Positions 36,575 through 45,342 of a DNA stretch of 64,000 bases are shown one piece after another. Position 1 is the first letter of the stretch, and each line of letters begins with the position of its first letter. The notes under the pieces are model-generated. The model did no database searches and was not told where the DNA came from. It was given only the letters and a program-made list of their open reading frames with translations. A program made the translations under genes and the position numbers. The stretch comes from a virus. The DNA is taken from the IMG/VR virus record IMGVR_UViG_3300032893_000028, positions 1 through 64,000 of that record, one strand, 5' to 3'.

Positions 36575-37536
36575 AGGCTCGCCGACTCGCCCTCCTCACC
36601 GGCGGCGCCGGGTTCCTGGGCTCGCACCTCGTCGATCGGCTGCTCGCCGACGGGCGCGACGTCGCGGTCGTGGACGACTTCTCGACCGGGCGGCACGCCA
36701 ATCTGGAGCACCTGCCCGTCGGCGCGATCAAGGTCCTGGAGCTCGACGTGCGCTCGCCCAACGCGGCCCGGCTCATGGCCTCGTTCGAGCCCGACGAGGT
36801 CTACCACCTGGCCTGCCCGGCCAGCCCGCCGGCGTACCAGCGCGACCCGCAGAAGACGATCGAGACCTGCTTCCTCGGCACGCGCGCCGCGCTCGACGCG
36901 GCCGAGCGCTCGCGGGCGCGCTTTCTCATGACTTCGACCTCGGAGATCTACGGCGACCCGCCGGCGAGCCAGCACCCGCAGCGCGAGGAGTACTGGGGCA
37001 ACGTGAATCCTCGGGGATCTCGATCCATGTACGACGAGGGCAAGCGCGCCGCCGAGGCGCTATCGTGGTGCTACGAGCAGCGCGGCGTGCAGGTACAGGT
37101 GGCACGCATCTTCAACACCTACGGCCCGCGCATGGCCCCGGACGACGGCCGCGTCGTGAGCAACTTCGTGTGCCAGGCGCTCGCCGGCCAGCCGCTGACG
37201 GTCTACGGCGACGGGTCGCAGACGCGCTCGCTCTGCTACGTCGCCGACACGGTCGACGCGCTCGTGCGCCTGATGCAGATGCCGCACCCGATCGGCCCGG
37301 TCAACGTCGGCAATCCGGCCGAGGTGACCATGCTGGAGCTGGCGGAGGCCGTGGCGACGGCGATCGGGGCGGACCTCGCGGTCGACTACCTGCCCCTCCC
37401 CGCCGACGATCCCAAGCGCCGGCGGCCGGACATCGGTCGCGCGGGGCGGTTGCTGGGGTGGCGGCCGACGACGCCGCTGGCGGTGGGCTTGGCGAGGACG
37501 GTGGATTACTTCAGAGAGGCGACGCGGAGGGGCTAG
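36571..37536 (+). CDS. UDP-glucuronate decarboxylase (UDP-xylose synthase family)
   Basis: TGGAGFLGSH, HLACPASP, STSEIYGDP, YWGNVNP, YDEGKR, RIFNTYGPRM and DDPKRRRPDI motifs. Confidence 0.92.
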   Translation: MKARRLALLTGGAGFLGSHLVDRLLADGRDVAVVDDFSTGRHANLEHLPVGAIKVLELDVRSPNAARLMASFEPDEVYHLACPASPPAYQRDPQKTIETCFLGTRAALDAAERSRARFLMTSTSEIYGDPPASQHPQREEYWGNVNPRGSRSMYDEGKRAAEALSWCYEQRGVQVQVARIFNTYGPRMAPDDGRVVSNFVCQALAGQPLTVYGDGSQTRSLCYVADTVDALVRLMQMPHPIGPVNVGNPAEVTMLELAEAVATAIGADLAVDYLPLPADDPKRRRPDIGRAGRLLGWRPTTPLAVGLARTVDYFREATRRG

Positions 37537-37757
37537 CGGAAGGGATGGGGGACTTGCGCGGCTAGTGTTGCGGGATTGAACCACTCGCAACGTTTTTCGG
37601 CCTCGCGCGTGAACCACGTACATTGAATGCAATAGGTTTCGCGCTCGGGCAGGTGCTTCACTGCGTCATATGTGAGGACACAATTGATTGTCATCGATGG
37701 CCCGCCACTGAGCAGCGAAACGACCATACCAACTTTGCAATCTTCCTTCTTCATCAT
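37533..37757 (-). CDS. DUF2158/YodC-like protein
   Basis: VGMVVSLLSGGPSMTI...CTWF motif. Confidence 0.7.
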   Translation of the reverse strand: MMKKEDCKVGMVVSLLSGGPSMTINCVLTYDAVKHLPERETYCIQCTWFTREAEKRCEWFNPATLAAQVPHPFR

Positions 37758-38050
37758 CCGCCCGCCATCTTCCTGACCGCTGCGCGGACCTCCTCGAGCT
37801 GCGCCGTGGGCTGACCCTTGGCGCGGCACTCGGTCACGGCGCGGTTGAGCAGCGAGACCACGTCCCACAGCGCCTCCTGGCGCCCGGCGCGGCGCACGCG
37901 CGTCAGCGTCTCGTCGTCGCGGCGCAGGCGGTCGTTCTCCAAGATCACCTTGAGCTCCTGCGTCGTCGGTCCCTTGGGCCGCATGTGCTCCTCCCACCGC
38001 GCGTCGATGCGCTCCTGCTCCGCCACGATCTGTATGAGATTCGCCGTCAT
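37754..38050 (-). CDS. Hypothetical protein
   Basis: Coupled ORF in the early operon. Confidence 0.5.
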   Translation of the reverse strand: MTANLIQIVAEQERIDARWEEHMRPKGPTTQELKVILENDRLRRDDETLTRVRRAGRQEALWDVVSLLNRAVTECRAKGQPTAQLEEVRAAVRKMAGG

Positions 38051-38421
38051 GGCAAATAATCCCCCTTGCGGCGCACGATGGTTTGGGCCTCGTCGGAACC
38101 AATCTTCGGATATAGCCATCTTTTTTGGCGCGGTGGATGCGGCAACGAATCGTAGCAATCTTGGCAGACGCCGACATCAGCGAGGAACGGGCTTCCCGTC
38201 CGTTCCATGAACTCGCGGATCTTGTGAATATTGGTGGACGGCATAAGGTGAGCTACCACTCCCGCCCGGCCGCAGACATGCGGACCACCACCGCGCATCT
38301 CGTCCGCCCGTCTACGGCACGTGCTGTAATCTTTCGTCCTTTCGTATAGAGAGTTTATCTCTTCTACCTGCTCGTCTGATAAGCCGATAAAGTCCCCGAC
38401 GATGCCGCATGTCATGTCCAC
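38047..38421 (-). CDS. Hypothetical Cys-containing protein
   Basis: Coupled ORF, GGAGG RBS. Confidence 0.5.
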   Translation of the reverse strand: MDMTCGIVGDFIGLSDEQVEEINSLYERTKDYSTCRRRADEMRGGGPHVCGRAGVVAHLMPSTNIHKIREFMERTGSPFLADVGVCQDCYDSLPHPPRQKRWLYPKIGSDEAQTIVRRKGDYLP

Positions 38422-38423
38422 GG

Positions 38424-38648
38424 TCAGCCTCCTCCCTTAATCTCGTCCAGCGAGCAGGCGGCCCGCCGCGCGTCCAGGCGCCATTGCATCTCGCGCTCGA
38501 GCGACTCCAGCACGTCGCGTCCGCGGTCGATGTGCTCCAGCCCGCGGAGAAGCTTCTCGGCGTCGGTCTCGGTCAGATCGACCACGATCCGGCGGGTGGC
38601 GCGGTGGTCCTCGATGGCCTCGACGGGGGCGTTGTGCTCTCGCTTCAT
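38424..38648 (-). CDS. Hypothetical protein
   Basis: ATG 7 nt after the promoter -10 box. Confidence 0.55.
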   Translation of the reverse strand: MKREHNAPVEAIEDHRATRRIVVDLTETDAEKLLRGLEHIDRGRDVLESLEREMQWRLDARRAACSLDEIKGGG

Positions 38649-38655
38649 GATCCTC

Positions 38656-38696
38656 AGCTTGCCCCCGTCCGGCCCGTTTGTCAACAAAAATCTTTT
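38656..38696 (-). promoter_or_regulatory. Early-type promoter, copy 4
   Basis: AGATTTTTG-TTGACA-N17-CAAGCT-N7-ATG. Confidence 0.7.
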
Positions 38697-38934
38697 AACT
38701 CGGGGCGCGGCCGTGCAGGTAGTGGGCGACGCCGCGGTCGGTCTCGCCGCGGGTCCAGATCGCCACCAGCACGTCGCGCTCCCAGATCGTGGCGCCCTCG
38801 ATGCCTGGGGTGGCGCGCGCGACCTCAACCGCGTCGGCAAGCGTGTGCGTCCAGGCATCCGGGGCCCTGCGCACGCGGTCGGAGACGTTCTCCTCGAGCG
38901 TGCGCTCGGAGAAGTGCAGGAAGACGGCGTACAT
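38695..38934 (-). CDS. Hypothetical protein
   Basis: GGGAGG RBS, ATG at 38934. Confidence 0.5.
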   Translation of the reverse strand: MYAVFLHFSERTLEENVSDRVRRAPDAWTHTLADAVEVARATPGIEGATIWERDVLVAIWTRGETDRGVAHYLHGRAPS

Positions 38935-38935
38935 G

Positions 38936-39973
38936 CTAGGCGCCTCCCTTCTCGTCGAGCGCGGCGCCTTCATAGGCGCAATCGCGAGCTGCGCCAATGC
39001 GATCAATGTGGTTCTGCTTTGACTGTCCGCACGAGCGACAAAGCACCGCATTACTCGATTTCTTCAAGTGCTCTCGCGCGCGTTCTAGCGCGTTATCGAT
39101 CTCGAATTCATGCGCCAGAGATCCGTCAGCGCGATCGAACGACTCCGAAAGATCTTTCAGCCTGACAAGATGATCCCCTGCGTCGGTCTGTGTCTTCTCT
39201 AGACGCTGGCGCATGACTGCACGCTCATGGAGCGCCTTCGCTAACTCGGCCTGCGTGCGTGCGATGGCCTCCACCGCAGCCTTGCCGGCGCTCTTGGCGT
39301 CGATGAATTCGCGATTGTGCGCGTGCACCTTGTAATCTTCGACGTCGAGCCCAAACGCCTACAGGATGTTAGTCAGGGCTTCGGGCACGTCCTTCGCCGC
39401 CTGATACACCGCTTCTAATTCGCGCATCTCCTCGACGGCTGCGGTCGCGGATGGGTCGGTCAAGATGGCGTCGGCCTCTTTGATTCGCCTGTCAATTTCC
39501 ATGATGCCGATAGTGTGCCGAGTACAGACTAATTCGAATATGTCTCGCAGCGCCGCGACCGCGCGAGCGAGGCGGGTTTGCAGGTGCAGACGTTCCCGTG
39601 CTGGACCGGAGAGCGAGATCGCATCTTTCAGCTGCGCGTTCTCCTCTCGCGCAGCCGCAAGCTCGGCCATCACATCGCGCAGATCGCGACACGTCTCGTC
39701 TCGTTGTCCTTCCGCCGCCTCCGCGCGCTTGACTGCAGCGTCGCGTTCTTCGCGCACCAGTTTTCGCCGCTCTTCGGTTAAATCGCGATCTAAGAGCAGG
39801 TATTCCGCGCGTGCGTGCTGCTCGTCGCGCTCCGCCCGCGCCTGGTCGCGTTCGGCGAGCGCAACGTCTCGGGCTCTCTCGGCCTCGTTGGCGCGGTGCC
39901 ACTCCCTCTCGCGCTGCGTGTTGGCGGCGTCGCGCTCGGCGCGGGCCTGCGCGAGGAGCTCCGCCGCCGTCAC
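38936..39973 (-). CDS. Coiled-coil hypothetical protein(s) with an in-frame TAG at 39359-39361
   Basis: ORFs 39359-39973 and 38936-39358 are in the same frame, separated only by one amber codon. Confidence 0.5.
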
Positions 39974-40233
39974 CTCCGCACCGCCCGCGCGACCGCGGCG
40001 TCGACCGCCTCGACCGAGTCGTAGAGCTTGCCCGCGCCCGACGGGCCGCGCAGGTAGCAGCTCGCCCGGCCCTCGACCAGCACGCCGACGATGACCCCCA
40101 GCACCACCACCCAGTGCCTCGCGCCCTCGCCGGCGGCCGTGAAGCGCACGCGCGAGGCCCCGGGGGCGATCTGGTACGTGAAGGGGCGCATGGCCGCCGG
40201 GACATACTCGTGCGTCGCTCGCTCTTGTTTCAT
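39970..40233 (-). CDS. Hypothetical protein
   Basis: GGGAGG RBS; coupled to neighbours. Confidence 0.5.
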   Translation of the reverse strand: MKQERATHEYVPAAMRPFTYQIAPGASRVRFTAAGEGARHWVVVLGVIVGVLVEGRASCYLRGPSGAGKLYDSVEAVDAAVARAVRR

Positions 40234-40235
40234 GG

Positions 40236-40397
40236 TCACCCTCCCGCCTTGGCGCGCTTGAACACGCAGTGGGCGATAAAGCCCTTGTTCTCGATGTGCA
40301 CCAGTTCCCACCCGAGATCGCCCCGATCGTTGATCCATTGCGAGAATGATTTCGCCGTGCGGTCGCACATTAACTCCTGGTACTCCCAACGTTGCAT
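40236..40397 (-). CDS. DUF4177-like small protein (53 aa)
   Basis: MQRWEY...INDRGDLGWELV...VFKR; flanked by 21-bp direct repeats. Confidence 0.7.
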   Translation of the reverse strand: MQRWEYQELMCDRTAKSFSQWINDRGDLGWELVHIENKGFIAHCVFKRAKAGG

Positions 40398-40399
40398 GG

Positions 40400-40626
40400 T
40401 CACCCTCCCGCCTTGCGAACCTGCTCCGCCAGCTCCAGCGCGAGCGCGTACAGCTCCGCCTCGTACGTCTGTGCTGCGTCCGTCGCTGTTGAATGCACGA
40501 GTCGATAAGCTGTCGCGCGCAGCTTCCGCGCCGTGTACTCCAGCGGGTTGTCGCGCGGCAGCTCGCGTCGCAGGATGGATAGCAGCACGCGCGCGGTGGC
40601 GTTCGTCTTTGCATCAATGCTAGTCA

Positions 40627-40627
<1 letters not shown>
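40400..40627 (-). CDS. Hypothetical protein
   Basis: Coupled ORF. Confidence 0.5.
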
Positions 40628-41559
<932 letters not shown>

Positions 41560-41829
41560 TTTCGTCTCCCCGTTATCCCACCACGTACGATTTGCGCAGA
41601 TATTCCCCACCGCGGCGGTCGCCGCGCGGCCCGCACCACCACGAGACACGGCTTTCGCACTCGGGCACGAGCGGCAGGAGCGGCTCGATGAAATCGTCGC
41701 GCTCGGGCTCCAGCGCCGGCAGACCGCCGCCCATCGGCGCGCGCTTGGCCTCGATCACCCGCGTCTTGTCGGCCCACATGCCCGTTACATCGGGCGTTGC
41801 GCCCATGACTTGAGTCTCGAACGACACGG

Positions 41830-42048
41830 CTAGTCCGCCTCGTCGGCGCCCGGCGCCTGCCCGAGCGTCACCGCGAACCCGTCCTGCGTGCCGTCCTCGA
41901 CTATCATGTAGGACGATCCGCGACCGCGCAGGAAGTCCCAGTATTCCTCCTCCTGCACCGTGGCCATCCGGTAGGGCTTCCCCGTGTGGAAGTCGTAGAG
42001 CCAAGTCGCCGCCGTCGTCTCGCTCATGTCGCCCTCCGTCGCGCTCAT
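41830..42048 (-). CDS. Hypothetical protein
   Basis: First gene after promoter copy 5. Confidence 0.55.
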   Translation of the reverse strand: MSATEGDMSETTAATWLYDFHTGKPYRMATVQEEEYWDFLRGRGSSYMIVEDGTQDGFAVTLGQAPGADEAD

Positions 42049-42055
42049 GAACTCC

Positions 42056-42096
42056 ACGTTACGCGCGCGGCCCGAGTTAGTCAACAAAAATCTTTT
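42056..42096 (-). promoter_or_regulatory. Early-type promoter, copy 5
   Basis: AGATTTTTG-TTGACT-N17-TAACGT-N7-ATG. Confidence 0.72.
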
Positions 42097-42111
42097 TATT
42101 CGAGGGTCGAT

Positions 42112-42141
42112 TTGACCCGCAGCGCGCAAAAGCGCTATCCT
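42112..42141 (+). promoter_or_regulatory. Possible promoter for the lysis cassette
   Basis: TTGACC-N18-TATCCT, divergent from copy 5. Confidence 0.4.
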
Positions 42142-42165
42142 CGCGTCTATATAGGGGTGAAGCAC

Positions 42166-42882
42166 ATGCTCGACCAGTTGCACGCCTACGCGGCCCTCCA
42201 CTGGACGCTGATCATGACCATCGCGGGGGTCTGGATCTTCGGGGCGACCGTCGTCGCCCGCGGCTGGCCCAAGCCGCCCGCCACCGCGCCGTGGTACGTC
42301 CGCGCCGGACACTTTCTCTTCGTCGACCTGCCGTCGCTGGCGGCGACGCTCAACGGCAAGACGTGGATGGGCCTGACCGTCTCCATCCCCTTCGTCACTT
42401 GGACCGTGCGACCCGACAAGACCGAGGAGCCCAACGCCCGCACCAAGGACGGCGGCTTCGTCGTCCAGGGCGTCCTGCTCGTGGTGGCGCTCGTCGGCGC
42501 GCTCCTGCTCTCAGCGGCGCTCCTGGCGGGCTGCGCCCCGGGCACCGACGGGCTGCGCCAGGCGTGCGCGACCGAGCAGCGCGCGCTCTCGGGCGCGTAT
42601 GAGTCGGGGGCGGCGTGGTATCGGGCCAAGATCCACGCGGCCGAGACGCTGGCGAGCACCGACCCGAAGTCAGCCGCGGCCGGGCTTGAGGCCGCCAAGG
42701 CGACGCACGACAAGCTGCGCGCGACGCTCGCCGCCGCCGGCGCCACGGCCGAGACGCAGTGCAAGCTCGCCAACGCCATCGACGCAGGCGAGAAGCACGA
42801 CGTCAAGGCCCTCATCGCCTCGGTCGGCGCCGTGACGGCGCAGATCGCCGACGCCCTCACCTCCATCTCGGGAGCGCTCTAA
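42166..42882 (+). CDS. Membrane protein of the lysis cassette (holin/spanin-like)
   Basis: N-terminal TM segments, internal hydrophobic helix ending LLAGC, then coiled coil; upstream of the endolysin. Confidence 0.55.
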   Translation: MLDQLHAYAALHWTLIMTIAGVWIFGATVVARGWPKPPATAPWYVRAGHFLFVDLPSLAATLNGKTWMGLTVSIPFVTWTVRPDKTEEPNARTKDGGFVVQGVLLVVALVGALLLSAALLAGCAPGTDGLRQACATEQRALSGAYESGAAWYRAKIHAAETLASTDPKSAAAGLEAAKATHDKLRATLAAAGATAETQCKLANAIDAGEKHDVKALIASVGAVTAQIADALTSISGAL

Positions 42883-43098
42883 ATGGACCCGGCCACCGAG
42901 GCTCTCATTGTTGCCGCCATCGAGGGGCTCATCAAGATCATCCAGGACGAGGTCGCCAACCGATCGGCGGTGCACGACGCTGTTCTGGCCAACCTCCAGG
43001 CCGCCCGCGCCGCACTCGCCTCGTCCAAGGCGGACGACGACGCCGCGGCGGCCGAGGGCGAGGCGGAGCTCAAGAAGATCGAGGAGCCCGCTCCGTAA
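42883..43098 (+). CDS. Small hypothetical protein in the lysis cassette
   Basis: Coupled to neighbours. Confidence 0.55.
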   Translation: MDPATEALIVAAIEGLIKIIQDEVANRSAVHDAVLANLQAARAALASSKADDDAAAAEGEAELKKIEEPAP

Positions 43099-43643
43099 TG
43101 GGCGTCGCCGACGCCATCCCGGCGGCGGTGCCGTACGGGCTCGCGCAGATCGTCGAGGTTTACGGCGACCCCAAGGTGCGCTGGACCGGGACCGAGTACG
43201 ATGTCGACCGCGCCTGGGAGTCGCGCTCGATGACCTCGCTCGCGCACGGCTTCATCCCCAACGCGAGGCAGGAGATCTACTGCCACCGCCTGTTCGCGCC
43301 GCTGCTCGGGCGCCTGCTCGACGCGTGGGCCGCGCGCGTGCGCGCCGGCGACCCGTACCGCCTGGTCAAGCTGGCGTGCTTCAACCCGCGGCTGCAACGC
43401 GGCGCCGACCCGGGCTCGCAGCTCTACTCGACGCACTCGTGGGGCATCGCGATCGACGCCAACGAGGACACCAACCGCCTGATCTCGCCCTGCCCGCTCG
43501 GCGATCCGCGCCGCGCGGTCGGCCCGCTCAACGACCTGCCCGAGGCGTGGCTCGACGACGCGCGCCGGCTGGGCCTGGTCTGCGGCGCGGACTTCAAGAA
43601 TCGCAGCGATCGCATGCACATCCAAGCGGCCGCGGAATACTAG
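43098..43643 (+). CDS. Endolysin, M15-family peptidase
   Basis: FNPR, STHSWGIAID and DRMH zinc-peptidase motifs. Confidence 0.85.
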   Translation: MGVADAIPAAVPYGLAQIVEVYGDPKVRWTGTEYDVDRAWESRSMTSLAHGFIPNARQEIYCHRLFAPLLGRLLDAWAARVRAGDPYRLVKLACFNPRLQRGADPGSQLYSTHSWGIAIDANEDTNRLISPCPLGDPRRAVGPLNDLPEAWLDDARRLGLVCGADFKNRSDRMHIQAAAEY

Positions 43644-43789
43644 CGTGATAGCGCGCGGCAAATTGTCGCAGGTCGAGCGCGAACCCAACGCGCCGGAGGA
43701 TGAGGCGGATATGGCCGATACGAACGAGGAATTTGCTATGATGGTCCGCGCGGTGCACGAGTTCAAAACCGCGCAACAGGAGCGCGCCG

Positions 43790-44215
43790 ATGGCGGACGA
43801 GTCGACGACAGACGAGAAAATTCTTCAGCGTCTGTCGACGCTGGCCGACCGCCAGAAGCTCACCGCTAGGTCCGTCGCCGACCTCGCCATCGGCCTCAAC
43901 ACCTTCTCGCGCCAGATCAACCAACGCCTCGACAAGATCGAGGGCGCGCTCGTCGTCCTGCTCGGCGTGCCCGCCAAAAAGCCGCGCCGCGACACGCCCG
44001 AGAGCACCGACAAGTTCAAGCTCCCCGCCGGCGTCGAGCTCCAGGTGCCGCGCGCCACCACCAAGAGCGCCATCGAGAAGGCCGGCAAGTACGTCTTCTA
44101 CGTCCTGCTCTTCCTGCTCTCGCACCTGGCCAACTGCCTCGTCAACCACGCGCACTGGCCCGCGGCGCTCGAGCCCAAGCGGGCGCCCGCGGTCGCCGCG
44201 CCGGCTGAGCAGTAG
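43790..44215 (+). CDS. Single-TM membrane protein (possible holin/antiholin)
   Basis: Coiled N-terminus and C-terminal TM; follows the endolysin; AGGAG RBS. Confidence 0.5.
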   Translation: MADESTTDEKILQRLSTLADRQKLTARSVADLAIGLNTFSRQINQRLDKIEGALVVLLGVPAKKPRRDTPESTDKFKLPAGVELQVPRATTKSAIEKAGKYVFYVLLFLLSHLANCLVNHAHWPAALEPKRAPAVAAPAEQ

Positions 44216-44218
44216 AGT

Positions 44219-44256
44219 AGATTCCTGTTGACAAACGCCCCCGAGCGCGCGATGTT
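44219..44256 (+). promoter_or_regulatory. Early-type promoter, copy 6
   Basis: AGATTCCTG-TTGACA-N17-GATGTT-N8-ATG. Confidence 0.65.
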
Positions 44257-44264
44257 GCTCGGAA

Positions 44265-44576
44265 ATGGGTCGACCTCGGACGAAGCAGGACAACACGGCA
44301 TTCGGGCGCTTCCTCGACGGGGAACGCCTCGGCAAGCGCGGCGAGCCCGTGCAGACCGCCGACAAGATCACCTACCAGGATGCGGCCGAGGCCCTCTGCC
44401 TGGCGCGCGGCTACGTCAACCAGCTCGCCTCGGGCGCGGTCCTGCCCGGCCGGGCGCTCATGTTCCGCATCGAGGCGTGGGCGAAGTCGCGGGGCGGGGA
44501 CGTGTCGGTGAGGAGCTGGGCGCCGCCGGCGCCGGCGCCGGCGATCGCGCCCAAGAGGAAGCGGAGGCGGGCCTAG
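44265..44576 (+). CDS. XRE/Cro-like HTH regulator
   Basis: TYQDAAEALCLARGYVNQLASGAVLPG. Confidence 0.72.
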   Translation: MGRPRTKQDNTAFGRFLDGERLGKRGEPVQTADKITYQDAAEALCLARGYVNQLASGAVLPGRALMFRIEAWAKSRGGDVSVRSWAPPAPAPAIAPKRKRRRA

Positions 44577-45097
44577 CGCTCCCTCGCCTGCCGCAGCGCC
44601 CACAGGCCGATCGCCACCGCATCCCAGACGTTCTCCGCCAGCTTCTTGTTGACCCGCCCGCGCGAGCCCGGCAGCTCGACGCGCGTCAGTTCCGCCGGCG
44701 ACAGGTCGCGCTTGGCGCGCTCCATGTTGACCGACTTCTCCGCGCAGCCCCACTCCTGTGGCAGAACGATGCGCGACGGCGCGCCCAAGCGCCCGACGAC
44801 GGTGCCGACGACCACCGCCACGTCGATGAGGTCGGAGGCGTCGCCGCGCTTGGCGCGCCCACCATAGACGCGCTGGCGCTCGATGACGACAGCATGCGGA
44901 TTTCCGTCTTCATCGTTAGGACGATAATCCCACGCGAATAGATAAACAGAATAGGCCATAGATTCGACGACGTCGGCAAAAGAGGCGTTTTGATCGCTAT
45001 TACCTAGCCTATATGCAGCGCGGACAAGTTGGCCATCGCGCCATAGGGCGCAGCCGCAGCCGCGCAGGCCGGGGTCGACGCTGAGGAGGGTGCTCAT
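44573..45097 (-). CDS. RuvC-like Holliday junction resolvase
   Basis: LSVDPG, VVIERQ, PQEW and WDAVAIG motifs. Confidence 0.8.
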   Translation of the reverse strand: MSTLLSVDPGLRGCGCALWRDGQLVRAAYRLGNSDQNASFADVVESMAYSVYLFAWDYRPNDEDGNPHAVVIERQRVYGGRAKRGDASDLIDVAVVVGTVVGRLGAPSRIVLPQEWGCAEKSVNMERAKRDLSPAELTRVELPGSRGRVNKKLAENVWDAVAIGLWALRQARER

Positions 45098-45342
45098 CGC
45101 GGAATCCGCATGGACACTAGGCCATCCCCGTTCACATCTTGGTATAAGGGCACCGTGACGGCGACGAGGGCCAATACACCACCATCCGGCGTTCGTATCG
45201 GCGGTCTATCGAGGAAGCCCACGTAAGGCCCGGCATCAGGATCAAACGAGACGGCGCGCGCCTCGACGCCGTAGACCGATTGGTCCGTGAAGAACGGTAA
45301 CGACGCCTCGTCGTAATCGAGTAGCTCGAAGAAAACTAGCAT
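45094..45342 (-). CDS. Hypothetical protein
   Basis: GGAGGA RBS; coupled to neighbours. Confidence 0.5.
   Translation of the reverse strand: MLVFFELLDYDEASLPFFTDQSVYGVEARAVSFDPDAGPYVGFLDRPPIRTPDGGVLALVAVTVPLYQDVNGDGLVSMRIPR

Noticed and set aside
39359-39361. Genome-wide amber recoding
   Set aside because: Many conserved genes end properly at TAG, and the only tRNA has a GTA anticodon, not CTA.
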